From Pseudomonadota bacterium (GTDB lineage: Bacteria > Bdellovibrionota_F > JAHFAK01 > JBDREC01): a stretch of 53,179 bases of DNA. The position numbers and the translations under genes were made by a program. The stretch's first letter is position 1, and each line of letters opens with the position of its first letter. Location: contig JBDREC010000075.1 in NCBI GenBank assembly GCA_043820105.1, positions 1 through 53,179 of the forward strand, read 5' to 3'. Positions 51,051-53,179 of this stretch are shown here, one piece after another. The notes beneath the pieces are model-generated. The model did no database searches and had not been told where the DNA came from. It worked only from the letters and a program-made list of their open reading frames with translations.

Positions 51051-51389
51051 ATGAAATACAGAAAACGTGAAAAAGAAAAAGAACTAGGTGAAATATTATC
51101 TAGTGTTTTACCAAACCATCTCTCAGATTTCTATTTAATATCTGCAAAATGGGCTGATTTAGTTGGTGATTTGCTAGCATCAAAAACAAAGGTAGATTCT
51201 ATTTATGGAAATATTATTAATATAAATGTTGAAAATCATGCCTGGCTTCAGCAAATTCAGTTTTTAAAAAAAGAACTTCAAGATAAGCTCTCAAGCCTTC
51301 CCTTAAATAAATTCTATGAAATGAAATTTAGAGTTAAACACGATTCATGGGATAACTATCACAAATATAATAAAAACAAGTTGACTTGA
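51051..51389 (+). CDS. DUF721 / DciA-like protein
   Basis: W..LVG..LA..T......L.I.V...AW.QQ..F.K..L pattern. Confidence 0.8.
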   Translation: MKYRKREKEKELGEILSSVLPNHLSDFYLISAKWADLVGDLLASKTKVDSIYGNIININVENHAWLQQIQFLKKELQDKLSSLPLNKFYEMKFRVKHDSWDNYHKYNKNKLT

Positions 51390-51445
51390 AAATGGTATTC
51401 AGTATTCAGTATTTAGTATTCGGTTAAACACAAAGGATACTAGAC

Positions 51446-52729
51446 ATGACTTCAAAATCATCCGTTTTATTTGAAAAGGCTTTAAAATATATTCCTGGAG
51501 GTGTTAATTCACCTGTTAGGGCATATAATTCTGTTGGTGGAAATCCTTTTTATGTGAAATCTGCTAAGGGTTCAAAAATTTACACTGAAGATGATAAAGA
51601 ATTGATTGATTATATTTGTTCGTGGGGACCCAATATTCTGGGTCATGCAAACCCAACAGTCTTAGAGGCTGTTAATAAGGCCTGTGAAAAGGGCTTAAGC
51701 TTTGGAGCTAATCACGAAGGCGAGATTATATTAGCTGAAATGCTTGTTAATGCTTTGCCTTCTGTTGATAAGGTTCGACTTGTTAGCTCTGGAACAGAGG
51801 CAACAATGTCAGCGATTCGCCTGGCTCGTGGATATACCAAAAGAGATTTAGTTGTTAAGTTTGAAGGCTGCTATCATGGTCATGTTGACGGTCTTTTAAT
51901 AAAAGCAGGTTCAGGAGCAATGACCTTAGGTGAACCAGATTCTGCTGGCATTCCCAAAGATTATGCAAAAAACACAATCTTAGCCAAATACAATAATATT
52001 GAAAATCTGCAAACTGTTTTTTCCAAATACAGCGACCAAATCGCAGCAATCATCATAGAGCCTGTTGCTGGCAACATGGGTGTAGTTCTACCAAACCTTG
52101 ATTTTTTAAAAGCATGCCGTGATTTAACAAAAAAGCACAATTCCTTATTAATTTTTGATGAAGTAATTACAGGTTTTAGACTTTGTTACGGTGGAGCTCA
52201 AAACTACTATGATATTATCCCTGATTTAACATGCCTCGGAAAAATCATAGGCGGCGGAATGCCAATTGGCGCCTATGGTGGCAGGGCTGAAATCATGAAC
52301 CTAGTCTCGCCCCTTGGCCCGGTTTACCAGGCAGGGACATTGTCTGGCAATCCGGTAGCTGTGGCCGCTGGCATTGCAACCCTAAAGGAACTTCAAAAAG
52401 ATAATTTCTATGAAACTCTGGAAGGCAAAAGAAAGCTAATAACAGATACTTTAGCTGAAGAAATTGAAAAACAAGGAATTGAAGCTAACATCAATTTTAT
52501 AGGTTCTGCTTTTACTCTCTTCAATACAAAAGAAAAAGTGAAAGACTTTGATTCAGCTATGACCTGTAATACTGAAAGATTTGGAATACTTTTTAATTTG
52601 CTGCTTGAAAAAGGAATATTAATACCACCATCACAGTTTGAAGCTAATTTTGTGTCCCAGGCTCATACCAATGAAGACCTTGAAAGAACTGTTATAATTT
52701 ATAAAGAGTGTCTTAATAGTTTGAGTTAA
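51446..52729 (+). CDS. hemL: Glutamate-1-semialdehyde 2,1-aminomutase
   Basis: PGGVNSPVRA, SGTEATM, GCYHGH, FDEVITGFR, GKIIGGG, YQAGTLSGNP. Confidence 0.97.
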   Translation: MTSKSSVLFEKALKYIPGGVNSPVRAYNSVGGNPFYVKSAKGSKIYTEDDKELIDYICSWGPNILGHANPTVLEAVNKACEKGLSFGANHEGEIILAEMLVNALPSVDKVRLVSSGTEATMSAIRLARGYTKRDLVVKFEGCYHGHVDGLLIKAGSGAMTLGEPDSAGIPKDYAKNTILAKYNNIENLQTVFSKYSDQIAAIIIEPVAGNMGVVLPNLDFLKACRDLTKKHNSLLIFDEVITGFRLCYGGAQNYYDIIPDLTCLGKIIGGGMPIGAYGGRAEIMNLVSPLGPVYQAGTLSGNPVAVAAGIATLKELQKDNFYETLEGKRKLITDTLAEEIEKQGIEANINFIGSAFTLFNTKEKVKDFDSAMTCNTERFGILFNLLLEKGILIPPSQFEANFVSQAHTNEDLERTVIIYKECLNSLS

Positions 52730-52934
52730 AACAGGTATTGCCTATTCATTGTAAATATTTATAGGAGTTATTCTAAATTCATCACAAACAATCCTAAAAT
52801 CACTATTAATTAGCACCATCCATATCTCATAAGTTTTTTATATTTCAGTCATATTTTCTGACACATTAACATAAAAAACAAAACTACCGCTTTTTAACTG
52901 GCTGATAATATAAATATTAATGGAGCATTAAAAA

Positions 52935-52950
52935 TGGCTTTCCAATTGCT
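52935..52950 (+). promoter_or_regulatory. Possible sigma-54 promoter
   Basis: TGGCTTTCCAATTGCT (GG-N10-GC) upstream of a signal-peptide ORF. Confidence 0.4.
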
Positions 52951-53003
52951 CTTATAGACTCCAAAAGAATTTTTTAAAAATTAATTTAATGTGGGATGGT
53001 GGT

Positions 53004-53171
53004 ATGTCTTTTAAAAAATCTAATTTAATTTCCTTATCAATGCTCCTTCTTCTAATGTTTCAAACAATATTATCTGCACAAACTGCCGAGGTAAGGGTTA
53101 ATCCCGAAAGATCCAGAACATCGACTTTCCTTAATTATAAAATAAGGCTTGATAAAAGTAATAATAGATAA
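53004..53171 (+). CDS. Short ORF with a signal peptide at the window edge
   Basis: MSFKKSNLISLSMLLLLMFQTILSA; very short mature part. Confidence 0.3.
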   Translation: MSFKKSNLISLSMLLLLMFQTILSAQTAEVRVNPERSRTSTFLNYKIRLDKSNNR

Positions 53172-53179
53172 TATAATAA

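Overview
AT-rich bacterial chromosomal segment. The Myxococcus/Bdellovibrio-style pilin and the ftsH-cdaA-cdaR-glmM-pdxJ-nnr-tsaE order suggest a deltaproteobacterial-type lineage (inference). Left flank (1-8 kb): type IV pilin, Na+/solute symporter, galT, LysR, CDF transporter, hypothetical proteins. Right flank (34-53 kb): housekeeping genes (ftsH, cdaA, cdaR, glmM, pdxJ, nnr, tsaE, lpdA, greA, ffh, tRNA-Gly(CCC), a two-component pair, an MBL hydrolase, a degenerate nuoA/H/J-like trio, DUF721, hemL). The middle (~8-33.4 kb) is the notable part. It holds an array of 11 co-oriented (minus strand), very acidic lipoprotein genes built from shuffled modules: (Gly-Asp)n tracts of up to ~34 units, thrombospondin type-3-like Ca-binding repeats, FG-GAP-like propellers, and a shared divergent FN3-like C-terminal domain usually bracketed by Cys. 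They fall into six units, each preceded by a near-consensus sigma-54 promoter (TGGYA-N6-TTGCW). A seventh such promoter precedes a secreted FHA + HopA1-like protein. The units are interleaved with a HipBST-type TA locus, intact and decayed AAA_14/DUF4143 ATPase genes, a retropepsin pair, a four-helix-bundle remnant, heptamer tandem repeats, REP-like hairpins and a 167-bp palindrome. All family assignments come from reading motifs by eye; no database searches were run.
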